Shown here piece after piece: positions 1 through 9,331 of a DNA stretch of 64,000 bases; position 1 is the stretch's first letter; every line of letters begins with the position of its first letter. The DNA is from a bacterium (GTDB taxonomy: Bacteria; UBA8248). Below the pieces are notes generated by a model. The model was not told where the DNA came from, searched no databases, and saw only the letters and a list, made by a program, of their open reading frames with translations. Where the stretch lies: assembly GCA_963692865.2 (NCBI GenBank), contig OY843592.1, positions 3,520,001 through 3,584,000 on the forward strand, read 5' to 3'. The position numbers and the translations under genes are program-made.

Positions 1-223
1 CCCCGCCCAGAACCGTGACCGGCAACGCCTCGATCCGGCATCTCTCGAGCAACGCCACCAGTTCGTCTTCCCTCTCGGGCAGTGCGAGGGCGTCCGCCGG
101 GCCGCCCACCTGAAACGTGGTGTACGCGGCCAGCGCCTCATCGAAAAGAATCTCGCAATCGAGGCCTTTCAGCCTTTCCGCCATCTCCAGCGCCATGACT
201 TCCTCCGCCGACCCGATGCTCAT
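1..223 (-). CDS. murB: UDP-N-acetylenolpyruvoylglucosamine reductase, 5' part (runs off window edge)
   Basis: Own translation: (MSIGSAEEV)MALEMAERLKGLDCEILFDEALAAYTTFQVGGPADALALP...VTVLGG, the typical MurB N-terminus; ATG at 223 overlaps the murC stop (ATGA); alternative start 196; dcw position. Confidence 0.9.
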   Translation of the reverse strand, partial: MSIGSAEEVMALEMAERLKGLDCEILFDEALAAYTTFQVGGPADALALPEREDELVALLERCRIEALPVTVLGG

Positions 224-1620
224 ACCGCTTCCTCGGACTCTTCGTGTCCGCTCTCCAGTTTTTCGAGCAATTCCCGGCCCGCTTTCCAGACGTCGCCCGC
301 GCCCAGCGTGAGAACGACGTCGCCGCTCCCCGCCTCCTCGAACAGACGATTCGAGGCGTCCTCCAGGCCGTCCACCACATCGCAGTTCCTGTGGCCGTGC
401 GCCCTGATCCCCTCGGCGAGTTTTTCCGAACCGACCCCTTCGATGGGCGCCTCGCCGGCTGCGTATATGGGCGCGACGAGCACCCTGTCGGCATCGTAGA
501 AAGCGGTGTGAAAGGCCTCTGCCAGATGATGCGTCCTCGTGTAGCGGTGCGGCTGAAACAACACCACCAGGCGGTTTTCCGGCCATGCCTCCCGAACGGC
601 GCGGAGCGTGACCTTGATCTCCTGGGGATGGTGCCCGTAGTCGTCGAAAATCGTTACGCCCGACGCCTCGCCGACCCGCTCCAGGCGGCGGCCGATGCCG
701 TCGAATTCGTGGAGTCCCCTTTGGATGTCCGCGAACGAGACGTCGAGTTCCATCGAAACGGCGGCGGCGGCCAGGGCGTTGTCCGCGTTGTGGCGGCCGG
801 GCATGAGGAGGCGAATCTCGCCGAGGCGCTCTCCGCCCCGTTTGACGCCGAAGACCGTCTCGCCGTTTTCGTAGCGGAACTCTTCGCCCACGTAATCCGC
901 CTGGGTGCCGAACCCGTAGGTGAAAAACTGCTTTTCCACGTCGGGTATGATCTCCTGAACCGCGGGATGATCCAGGCACAAGACGGAAAATCCGTAGAAG
1001 GGCACCTTGTTCACGAACTCCAGGAACGCGGTCTTGATGGCGTCGTAATTCTCGTAGAAATCGAGATGCTCCTCGTCGATGTTCGTCACAACCGCTATCG
1101 TGGGAGTGAGCCTCAAAAACGTGCCGTCACTCTCATCGGCCTCCGCCACCAGATATTCGCCCTCGCCCATTCGCGCGTTGGAACCCAGGGCGTTGATGCG
1201 TCCGCCCACGACGACCGTGGGGTCGAGGCCGCCGGCCGCCAGGGCCGCCGCGATGAACGAGGTGGTGGTCGTCTTGCCGTGTGTCCCCGCGACGCCGATG
1301 CTGTATTTCATGCGCATGAGTTCGGCCAGCATTTCCGCGCGCGGGATGACGGGGATTTTCCGCCGCCTCGCCTCGGCGACTTCCACGTTGTCGCCCGTGA
1401 CCGCCGAGCTGTAGACCAGAACGTCGGCCCCCGCCACGTTTTCCTTCCTGTGGCCCAGCGCCACCCTGGCGCCCAGACCGCGCAGCCTGAATATCGCCTC
1501 GTTGCTCGCGATGTCCGAACCGCTGATCTCATAGCCCAGGTTGAGCAAGACCTCGGCGATGCCGCACATGCCCGTCCCGCCGATGCCCACGAAATGAACG
1601 CGGCTCGAGTGCCGGAACAT
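220..1620 (-). CDS. murC: UDP-N-acetylmuramate--L-alanine ligase
   Basis: HFVGIGGTGM, GTHGKTTTT, EADESDG, DDYGHHP motifs; start taken at MFRHSS. Confidence 0.97.
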   Translation of the reverse strand: MFRHSSRVHFVGIGGTGMCGIAEVLLNLGYEISGSDIASNEAIFRLRGLGARVALGHRKENVAGADVLVYSSAVTGDNVEVAEARRRKIPVIPRAEMLAELMRMKYSIGVAGTHGKTTTTSFIAAALAAGGLDPTVVVGGRINALGSNARMGEGEYLVAEADESDGTFLRLTPTIAVVTNIDEEHLDFYENYDAIKTAFLEFVNKVPFYGFSVLCLDHPAVQEIIPDVEKQFFTYGFGTQADYVGEEFRYENGETVFGVKRGGERLGEIRLLMPGRHNADNALAAAAVSMELDVSFADIQRGLHEFDGIGRRLERVGEASGVTIFDDYGHHPQEIKVTLRAVREAWPENRLVVLFQPHRYTRTHHLAEAFHTAFYDADRVLVAPIYAAGEAPIEGVGSEKLAEGIRAHGHRNCDVVDGLEDASNRLFEEAGSGDVVLTLGAGDVWKAGRELLEKLESGHEESEEAV

Positions 1621-1669
1621 GGCGTGCGTGGCGTATGGTCGCGCTATCACTCCCGGTCTCCTCTCCTCA

Positions 1670-2755
1670 TCACGCCGCCATCGCCTGCTGACGGCACAAG
1701 GCGGCCACCGCTTCGGAGGCGTTCGCGCGGGCGAGGGATTTCGTCCGCTCCGACATGGATACGAGCTTCCCGCGCTCCGCCTCGTATTCGAGCCAGACGT
1801 CCGCCAGAACACGGCCGCTTAAGTCTTCCTGAAGGATCATCCGCGCCGCCCCGCGCTCCGCGAGATAGCGGGCGTTCGCCTCCTGGTGCCCGTGGGTGGC
1901 GCTCGGCAGCGGAATCAGCACGGCGGGGAGCGACATGGCGGACAATTCCGCCACGCTCACCGCGCCCGCTCGCGAGAAGCACACCTGCGCCCAGCGATAG
2001 CGATCCGCCATGTCGTGGAGATAAGGCGCCACGTCCGCATCCGCGCCGGCCCGCTCATAGGCCCCTCTTACGCGGGAGAAATCCGCCTCTCCCGTCTGAT
2101 GGACGAACCGCATTCTTCCAAGCGCCTCGCCCATGAGGGGCAGCGCCTCCATCACCGCCTCGTTGATGGCCCGCGCTCCCTGGCTCCCGCCGAATACGAG
2201 CACCCTCAAGGGCCCGTTCCAGGAATCCCCGCCGCGCTCGAAACTTTCTGAAAACTCACTCCTGAGCGGCAGGCCCGTCTCTACGATTTTCCCGCGGGCG
2301 AAATTCGAATCCCGGACGGGCAGGCCCACGGCTACCTTGGACGCAAATCGCGAGAGCAGACGGTTCGCCACGCCGGGAACGACGTTCTGCTCGATCAGGA
2401 CAATCGGCTTTCTCCAAAGCCCGGCCGCCGCGACCGGCGGAACGCTGGAATAGCCGCCCACCCCGAGAACGACGTGGGGGCGGAAGCGCCTCATGATCCC
2501 CATCGCCTGGCAGAATCCATAGCCCACCATGGCCATCGCCCTGGCCCTTTGACCCACCGAGCGTCCCAGAACGCCGGCGGCGGAAATCGCCTGAAACGGC
2601 AGGTTCTCGCGCGGCAGCACCCTGGCCTCGATCCCGCGGGCGGTGCCCACGAACAAGACCTCGTTCGCCTCCCCGTCCGCCAGCCAGGCTTTGGCCACGG
2701 CAATGCCCGGATACAGGTGCCCACCCGTGCCGCCGCCCGCAACGAGAAGTCTCAT
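1670..2755 (-). CDS. murG: Undecaprenyl-PP-MurNAc-pentapeptide GlcNAc transferase
   Basis: MRLLVAGGGTGGHLYP, EQN, FGGSQGA, HQEANA motifs; ATGA overlap with ftsW stop. Confidence 0.97.
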   Translation of the reverse strand: MRLLVAGGGTGGHLYPGIAVAKAWLADGEANEVLFVGTARGIEARVLPRENLPFQAISAAGVLGRSVGQRARAMAMVGYGFCQAMGIMRRFRPHVVLGVGGYSSVPPVAAAGLWRKPIVLIEQNVVPGVANRLLSRFASKVAVGLPVRDSNFARGKIVETGLPLRSEFSESFERGGDSWNGPLRVLVFGGSQGARAINEAVMEALPLMGEALGRMRFVHQTGEADFSRVRGAYERAGADADVAPYLHDMADRYRWAQVCFSRAGAVSVAELSAMSLPAVLIPLPSATHGHQEANARYLAERGAARMILQEDLSGRVLADVWLEYEAERGKLVSMSERTKSLARANASEAVAALCRQQAMAA

Positions 2756-3939
2756 GAGTGCGCCCTCCCGCGGAAGAGCGGCTTGCGCGCGCGCGAAATC
2801 CACCCGACCGCCGCGTCGAGCGGACTCCCCCGCCCGGATTGCCTGGGAGCGTGATGCGACGATTCGATGGAAATCAGCACCCCCAGAGAGATGAGCGTGA
2901 ACACCAGAGACGACCCGCCCAGGCTGATCAGGGGCAGCGGTATGCCCGTGGTGGGCAGAAGGCCCGTCGCGACCGCCATGTTCAAAAACCCTTGCGCGGT
3001 GACCAGAAACGTCAAGCCCGCCGCCAACAGGGCGTTGAAGGAATCCTCGCAGCGGGCGGAGATCTGGAATCCGCGCCAGAGCAGGACCACGAACGCCGCC
3101 GCGACGCACAAGGCGCCGATGAGCCCCAACTCCTCGCCCACCACCGCGTAGATGAAATCCGTGTGGGGTTCGGGCAAATAGAAGAGTTTCTGCTTCCCCT
3201 CGCCCAGGCCGAGCCCCGCGAGGCCGCCCCGCGCGATGGCCAGCAGCGACTGAATGAGCTGATAGCCCGCGCCTTTCGCCACGGCGAAGGGATCCCAAAA
3301 GGCGAATATCCGCTTCATGCGCCAGGGCGCGAAAACCACCATGCCGAACAGGACGAACCCCGTCGCGAGCGCGCAGACGCCCAGGTGATGCAGCCGCGCG
3401 CCCGCCAGATACAAGAGGACGCCGACGACCGCGGCGGTCAGGGTGGCCGTACCCAAATCCGGCTGAATCAGCATGAGGGCCAGGATGATCCCCGCGAACC
3501 CGACCGGCGGCAGGAAACCGTACGTCCAATGACCCAGGCGCTCGCCCTTGAGCGCCAGAAAATGGGCGAGAAAAATCACCAGCACCACCTTGGCGGCTTC
3601 GGCCGGCTGGAAAGAAAAGGGGCCCAGCATCAGCCACCGGCGCGCGCCGCCCGCCTCTCTTCCGATGCCCGGCGCGAACACCATCAAAAGCGCGATGATC
3701 GCGACGATCATCAAGGGAAACGCGATCCTGCGGAGGCGGCGCGGGTCCGTTTGGGAGATGGCCAACATGCAGGCGAACCCGACAAAGGCCCATACGACGT
3801 GGCGCTTCACGAAGTAGAACGCATCGCCGTACCTGTCCAGGGCCAGGATATGGCTCGCGCTGAACACCATCACGACGCCGAAGGCCACCAGCCCCAGCGA
3901 GACGAAAAAGATGACGGGGTCGATGCGTTTGCGGATCAA
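2752..3939 (-). CDS. ftsW: SEDS peptidoglycan polymerase FtsW
   Basis: Multi-TM; GARRW, FQPAE, QPDLGT, YLPEPHTDFI, PLISLGGSS. Confidence 0.96.
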   Translation of the reverse strand: MIRKRIDPVIFFVSLGLVAFGVVMVFSASHILALDRYGDAFYFVKRHVVWAFVGFACMLAISQTDPRRLRRIAFPLMIVAIIALLMVFAPGIGREAGGARRWLMLGPFSFQPAEAAKVVLVIFLAHFLALKGERLGHWTYGFLPPVGFAGIILALMLIQPDLGTATLTAAVVGVLLYLAGARLHHLGVCALATGFVLFGMVVFAPWRMKRIFAFWDPFAVAKGAGYQLIQSLLAIARGGLAGLGLGEGKQKLFYLPEPHTDFIYAVVGEELGLIGALCVAAAFVVLLWRGFQISARCEDSFNALLAAGLTFLVTAQGFLNMAVATGLLPTTGIPLPLISLGGSSLVFTLISLGVLISIESSHHAPRQSGRGSPLDAAVGWISRARKPLFRGRAHS

Positions 3940-5333
3940 CTCTCATCCCTCCCCATCAGTTCCTGCGCCATTCGTCGGAAGGCGTCGCCACGGTGGGCGT
4001 AATCGCGAAACTGATCGAAGCTCGAACAGGCGGGCGAGAGGAGAACCGTATCGCCCTCCCGCGCCTCCTCGCGCGAAATGCGCACGGCCTCATCCAGCGT
4101 TTTGGCGTAGACGACCGGCGCGCACCCATCGAAAAAACGCCCGAAGCGCTCCGCCGCCTCGCCGATGAGGATCATGCGCTTCACCTTCTTCTCCACCACG
4201 GCGCGCAAGGGCGCGAGATCGCCCCCCTTGTCCACGCCCCCGGCGATGAGGAGCACGTTCCCCGCCAGACTCTCCAGGCTCATCGCCGTGGCGCCCACGT
4301 TCGTTCCCTTCGAGTCGTTCACCCAGCGCACGCCCCCCGTCTCGCCGACGACCTCCATGCGGTGGGGCAGTCCCTCGAAGGCGCGCGCCACGCGCGCCAT
4401 CGCGCTCGCGTCCGCGCCCAGAAAATGCGCCGCCGCGCACGCGGCCAGAAAATTCTCCAGGTTGTGGAGGCCGGGAACCAGCAGTTCGTCCGCGCCGCAG
4501 ACGCGGGCGGAACCCGCCTCGTCGGCCAGGAACACGCCGCCGCTCTCGACGTAAACGCCCCGGCGCACACGCCCTTTCCGGCTGAACGCCAGGACGCTCT
4601 GGGAGCCTGGGGTCATGTAGCGCGCCGCCAGCGGGTCGTCGGCATTGAGGACTTTGGCGTCTCCCTCTCCCTGGTTGGCGAACAGCCTCGCCTTGAGGGC
4701 AGCGTATGCATCCATATCCGGATGCCGATCCAGATGGTCCGGCGTCACGTTCGTCATCACGCCGACTTTCGGCCTGATCGTGGGCGCCCATTCGAGTTGA
4801 AAGCTGCTCACCTCGCCGACGATGAAATCCGCATCATCCCCCTCGGCTTCGATCACCTCGACGAGCGCTCTTCCGATGTTTCCGCCCACAGGCGCGCGAA
4901 AACCGCTTTCTTCCAGAATCCGCCCCAGCATCGTGGTGACCGTCGTCTTCCCGTTCGTACCGGTGACGGCGGCGATGGGCGCGGAACAGAGCCGGCCGGC
5001 GAGTTCCACCTCGCCGATCACCTCGGCGCCCGACGCCCTCGCCAGGGCGACGTAGCGATTCGTCGCCGGAACCCCCGGACTCACCACGAGCAGGTCGCAC
5101 TTCTTGAAACTTGCCTCCCGGTGGCCGCCGAGTTCGAGCGCCACGCCCGGGGGCAAACGCTCGCCCAAGCCCGGAATCTCCTCCAGGTCCGTGGCCACCA
5201 CCCTCGCGCCCAGGCGCGCCAGGGCGCCCGCCGCGGCGACCCCGCTCCTCGCCATTCCCATGACGAGCGCGCGCCGCGCGGGCAGCGCTTCTATCCACGC
5301 CGTGGCCTTATTGTCCAAAACAAGATTCCTCAT
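3936..5333 (-). CDS. murD: UDP-MurNAc-L-Ala--D-Glu ligase
   Basis: GMARSG, TGTNGKTT, EVSSFQLE, NDSKGTN, LSPACSSFDQF; ATGA overlap with mraY. Confidence 0.97.
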   Translation of the reverse strand: MRNLVLDNKATAWIEALPARRALVMGMARSGVAAAGALARLGARVVATDLEEIPGLGERLPPGVALELGGHREASFKKCDLLVVSPGVPATNRYVALARASGAEVIGEVELAGRLCSAPIAAVTGTNGKTTVTTMLGRILEESGFRAPVGGNIGRALVEVIEAEGDDADFIVGEVSSFQLEWAPTIRPKVGVMTNVTPDHLDRHPDMDAYAALKARLFANQGEGDAKVLNADDPLAARYMTPGSQSVLAFSRKGRVRRGVYVESGGVFLADEAGSARVCGADELLVPGLHNLENFLAACAAAHFLGADASAMARVARAFEGLPHRMEVVGETGGVRWVNDSKGTNVGATAMSLESLAGNVLLIAGGVDKGGDLAPLRAVVEKKVKRMILIGEAAERFGRFFDGCAPVVYAKTLDEAVRISREEAREGDTVLLSPACSSFDQFRDYAHRGDAFRRMAQELMGRDES

Positions 5334-6415
5334 CTCAACTTCAGTGTCGCCAAACTCATGAGGGCCAACACGACCGCCACTATCCAGAAGCGGACCGTCA
5401 CCTTGGGTTCGGACCAACCCTCCTCCTCGAAGTGGTGATGCAGCGGCGCCATGCGGAACACGCGCCGGCCGGTGAATTTGAAGGAGATCACCTGCACGAT
5501 GACCGAAAGCGCCTCGAGGACGAACAAACCGCCCACCAGGAACAAGAGGAGTTCCTGCTTGATCGCCAGCGCCACCGTGGCCAGCAACGCGCCGAGTGAA
5601 AGCGCGCCCACGTCGCCCATGAAGACCTGCGCCGGATACGCGTTGAACCACAAGAATCCAAGCCCCGCGCCGAACATGGCGCCGCAGAGGACGGCCAGCT
5701 CCCCCGCGCCCCGGACGTGGAGGATGAGCAGATACTTCGATATGCCCGCGTGGCCCGAGACGTAGCTGAAAACGAGATAGGCGCCCGCCGCTATCAGCAG
5801 CGGGCCGGTGGCGAGGCCGTCCAGGCCGTCCGTGAGGTTCACGGCGTTGCTCGTCGACACGATGACCACGGCGGCGTAGGGCACGAACCATATCCCGATG
5901 TCGGGCTGGATGTTCTTGAAAAAGGGGAACATGACGACGGGTTTGAAATCCATCTCCACCAGACCGCTATAAAGGGCGTACCCCACGGCGAGGCCGATGA
6001 TTCCCTGGGCCAGAAATTTCCTGGAGGGCCTCACGCCGTTTTTGTCCTTCAGCATCACTTTCCTGTAATCGTCCCAGAAACCCAACAGGCCGTAGGCGAA
6101 CAGAACGAACAGGGAGAGCCAGATGTAGCCGTTCGCGAGGTCGTTCCACAGCAGAACCGGCGCGGCCACGCACAGGAGGATGAGAACGCCCCCCATCGTC
6201 GGCGTGCCCTTCTTCGCCATGTGGGTTTGGGGGCCGTCGTCGCGGATGACTTCGCCGATTTGACGTTCCTGGAGATAACGAATGAGGCGAGGCCCCAGCA
6301 GCAGCGACATGACGAGGGCGGAGAACACCGCCATCGCCGTCCTGAACGTGATGAAGCGAAACACGTTGAGCGCCGAAATCGTCTCACTCATAGAGATGAA
6401 AACGGAGTAAAGCAT
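5330..6415 (-). CDS. mraY: Phospho-N-acetylmuramoyl-pentapeptide transferase
   Basis: KKGTPTMGG, NAVNLTDGLDGL, FMGDVG, MAPLHHHFE. Confidence 0.98.
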   Translation of the reverse strand: MLYSVFISMSETISALNVFRFITFRTAMAVFSALVMSLLLGPRLIRYLQERQIGEVIRDDGPQTHMAKKGTPTMGGVLILLCVAAPVLLWNDLANGYIWLSLFVLFAYGLLGFWDDYRKVMLKDKNGVRPSRKFLAQGIIGLAVGYALYSGLVEMDFKPVVMFPFFKNIQPDIGIWFVPYAAVVIVSTSNAVNLTDGLDGLATGPLLIAAGAYLVFSYVSGHAGISKYLLILHVRGAGELAVLCGAMFGAGLGFLWFNAYPAQVFMGDVGALSLGALLATVALAIKQELLLFLVGGLFVLEALSVIVQVISFKFTGRRVFRMAPLHHHFEEEGWSEPKVTVRFWIVAVVLALMSLATLKLR

Positions 6416-7830
6416 CAGATTTCGAGTCCTTCAATGAAGCGCTCCATCTCCATCGAACGCGACCCCTTCACCAAAACCCAATCGCCGGAGAGGAGCATAT
6501 CGCCCAGCGCGGAAGCGGCCTGCTCCGGCGTGTCGAAATTCATGATCCGGGCGCCGTCCACCCCCGCCCGTCGCGCCTCATCGGCTGCGAGCCTCATGAG
6601 CGGCCCCACGCCGGCGAACAGGTCCACGCCGCAAGCGGCCAGCTTCCGGCCCACTTCGCGGTGCGCGCTCTCCGCGGCCGGCCCCAGTTCCGCCATGTCG
6701 CCGAGAACCGATATGAGCCGCCCGTCGCCCCTGAGGGCGCTTGCGGTCTCCAGCGCCTGCGAAACGGAGGCGGGATTCGCGTTGTAGGAATCATCCAGAA
6801 GGTGGACGCCCCTGCGTCCGCGCATCTCGCGCGCCTGTAACCGCATCTTCGGAAGGACGGCCCGGGAAAGGCCGGCGGCGATCTCATCCAAGGTGATTCC
6901 CATGGTCGACGCGCAAGCCGCGGCGGCCAGCGCGTTCAGGACGTTGTGCCGTCCGAGCGCCTTGATCCGAACCCCGCTCTCGCCGTCCGCGCAGCGAAGC
7001 GTGAAGCGGGTTCCGCCGGCGGAGACGTGAACCTCATCCGCCCGGAAATCGCTTTGCGGCGAAAAGCCGAAACGAATCACGCGCCCGCCCGCCGCCTCGT
7101 GTCTTTCGGCCAAAACGCGGCTGTGCGGATCTTCGTTCGAGAGCACGGCCACGCCGCCCGGGGGCATGGCTTCCAGTATCTCGCCCTTTGCGTCGCGCAC
7201 CGCCTCCACGCTGCCGAGCCCCTCGATGTGCGCGAGCCCCACGTTCGTGATGACGGCGACCTCGGGCCGGGCGATTCCGGCGAGCCTCCTGATCTCGCCG
7301 GGCTCGCTCATCCCCATCTCGAAGACGGCGTATGCGTGCTCCTCGCCCAGGCGGAGAACCTGGTGCGGCAGGCCCACCAGGTTGTTCAGGTTCCCCTCGC
7401 TCCTGCACGTCTCGCCTCTTGCGGAGAGCAGCGCCGCCGTCATCTCCTTGGTCGTCGTCTTCCCGTTGCTGCCCGTCACCCCCGCCACGGGGATGTCGAA
7501 GCGGCTCCGGTGCGCGCCCGCCAGATCGCCCAAGGCGCGCAGCGCGTCCGCAACCTCGACGACGAAAGCCGCATCCCCACCCGGCACGTCCGCGCCTTTC
7601 TCCACCACGACGCCCGCCGCTTTTTTCTCCACCGCCTGGGGCAGGAAATCGGCGCCGTCGAAGTTGGGGCCCTTGAGCGCGATGAACAGCTCGCCCGCTT
7701 CGATCGTGCGCGTATCCGTGCTCACGCCCGCGGCGTGGGCCGAGCCGTCCCCGCGGACGAGCTTCCCGCCCGTCGCCGCCGCGATCTCGTTTGCGCTGAA
7801 AACAGCCGCCATCGATTCCGCCCCTATCAT
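6415..7830 (-). CDS. murF: UDP-MurNAc-tripeptide--D-Ala-D-Ala ligase
   Basis: TGSNGKTTTKE, NLNNLVG, DDSYNANP, LVKGSR. Confidence 0.96.
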   Translation of the reverse strand: MIGAESMAAVFSANEIAAATGGKLVRGDGSAHAAGVSTDTRTIEAGELFIALKGPNFDGADFLPQAVEKKAAGVVVEKGADVPGGDAAFVVEVADALRALGDLAGAHRSRFDIPVAGVTGSNGKTTTKEMTAALLSARGETCRSEGNLNNLVGLPHQVLRLGEEHAYAVFEMGMSEPGEIRRLAGIARPEVAVITNVGLAHIEGLGSVEAVRDAKGEILEAMPPGGVAVLSNEDPHSRVLAERHEAAGGRVIRFGFSPQSDFRADEVHVSAGGTRFTLRCADGESGVRIKALGRHNVLNALAAAACASTMGITLDEIAAGLSRAVLPKMRLQAREMRGRRGVHLLDDSYNANPASVSQALETASALRGDGRLISVLGDMAELGPAAESAHREVGRKLAACGVDLFAGVGPLMRLAADEARRAGVDGARIMNFDTPEQAASALGDMLLSGDWVLVKGSRSMEMERFIEGLEI

Positions 7831-9323
7831 TTCTCGTATCCCGCGAGGCGCAGCGCCGCGCGGGCCTCTTCGCGGTCGTCGAACGGCGTGCGCTCGGCCC
7901 CCAGGATCTGATACGTCTCGTGCCCCTTGCCCGCGATGACCACGGCGTCCCCCGCGCGCGCTTCGGCGATGACGGCGCGAATCGCCTCGCGCCTGTCCAG
8001 AACGCTGCGCCAGCGTCCATCGCTCCCGGGCGCGAGAGCCGCGCCGGATTCCACTTCTCTCAGAATCGAGGCGGGGTCTTCCGTGCGCGGATTGTCGGAG
8101 GTCATCACCACGTAATCGCTCGCCCGCAGGGCGGCGGCGGCCATGAGCGGACGTTTTCTCCTGTCCCTGTCGCCCCCGCACCCCATGAGGGTGAGGATTC
8201 TCCCCTCCGTGATGGGCCGGGCGAACTCCAGCACGCGGGCGAGGGCGTCCTCGGTGTGCGCGTAATCCACCACCACCAGAAAGGGCTGGCCCGCGTCTAT
8301 CTTCTCGAAGCGTCCGGGGATGTTCTCCAAAGACGCGACCCCCGCCGCCACCTCATCGGGCGTCAAACCCTGTGAGAGACAAGCCGCAGATGCCGCCAGG
8401 ATGTTGCTCAGGTTGTGGCGGCCGATGAGCGCCGTTTCGACCCTCACCGCTCCGGCGGGCGTCAGCATCCGGAAATCCATGCCCGCAGGGGAACTCGAGA
8501 GGTTCTCCACGCCCAGGTCCGCCCCGGCGCCCAGGGCGTACGTCCAGACTTCTCCCCTCGCCTCTTTGGCGATTCTCCTTCCGTATTCATCATCGGCGTT
8601 GACGATGGAGTTCGCGGGCGAGAACTCTTTGAACAGCCTCAGTTTCGCCTGGAAGTAAGATTCCATGTCGCCGTGAAAATCGAGGTGATCCTGGGTGAGA
8701 TTGCTGAACACCGCCGCCTGAAACTCGCAGCCGAACAATCTGTCCAGGGCCAGTCCGTGGCTCGACGCCTCCATCACGGCATGAGAGGCGCCGGCGTCCG
8801 CCATGCGGCGCAGGTACCGCTGAAGGTCGGGGCCTTCCGAAGTGGTGCGCGGCTCCTCGAATACCTCATCTCCCACGCGGTAATGAATCGTCCCCATCAG
8901 ACCGGTGCGCCTGCCCGAGGAGCGGAGGATCGCATCGACGAGGAACGCGGTGGTCGTCTTCCCGTTCGTGCCCGTGACGCCAACGAGCGCCAACTCGCCG
9001 GAGGGATGGCCGTAGAACGCATCGCCGATGCGCGATAAGGCCTCGCGGCCGGAAGGCGCGACGAACTGGGGCGTCTCGGTGGAGACGCCCTCGATTTTTC
9101 TCTCGACGACGAGGGCGGCGGCGCCCCTGGTGAGCGCGTCTTCCGCGAAATCGTGCCCGTCGGCCTGGAAACCCGCGACCGCGACGAAGACGTCGCCCGG
9201 CTCGACGAGGCGCGAATCGTAGGCCACGCCGGTGATTTGCGCGGAAAAATCTCCACCGGCCCTCGCGCCGGGCACGGTCTGCGTCAATTCCTCGAATGAG
9301 GCGCTTCTCTCACTCACGACCAT
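7827..9323 (-). CDS. murE: UDP-MurNAc-dipeptide--meso-DAP ligase
   Basis: TGTNGKTT, DHLDFH, DYAHT, DNPR (DAP-specific motif), GKGHE; start chosen after GGAG RBS. Confidence 0.97.
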   Translation of the reverse strand: MVVSERSASFEELTQTVPGARAGGDFSAQITGVAYDSRLVEPGDVFVAVAGFQADGHDFAEDALTRGAAALVVERKIEGVSTETPQFVAPSGREALSRIGDAFYGHPSGELALVGVTGTNGKTTTAFLVDAILRSSGRRTGLMGTIHYRVGDEVFEEPRTTSEGPDLQRYLRRMADAGASHAVMEASSHGLALDRLFGCEFQAAVFSNLTQDHLDFHGDMESYFQAKLRLFKEFSPANSIVNADDEYGRRIAKEARGEVWTYALGAGADLGVENLSSSPAGMDFRMLTPAGAVRVETALIGRHNLSNILAASAACLSQGLTPDEVAAGVASLENIPGRFEKIDAGQPFLVVVDYAHTEDALARVLEFARPITEGRILTLMGCGGDRDRRKRPLMAAAALRASDYVVMTSDNPRTEDPASILREVESGAALAPGSDGRWRSVLDRREAIRAVIAEARAGDAVVIAGKGHETYQILGAERTPFDDREEARAALRLAGYEK

Positions 9324-9331
9324 TGCTCCGT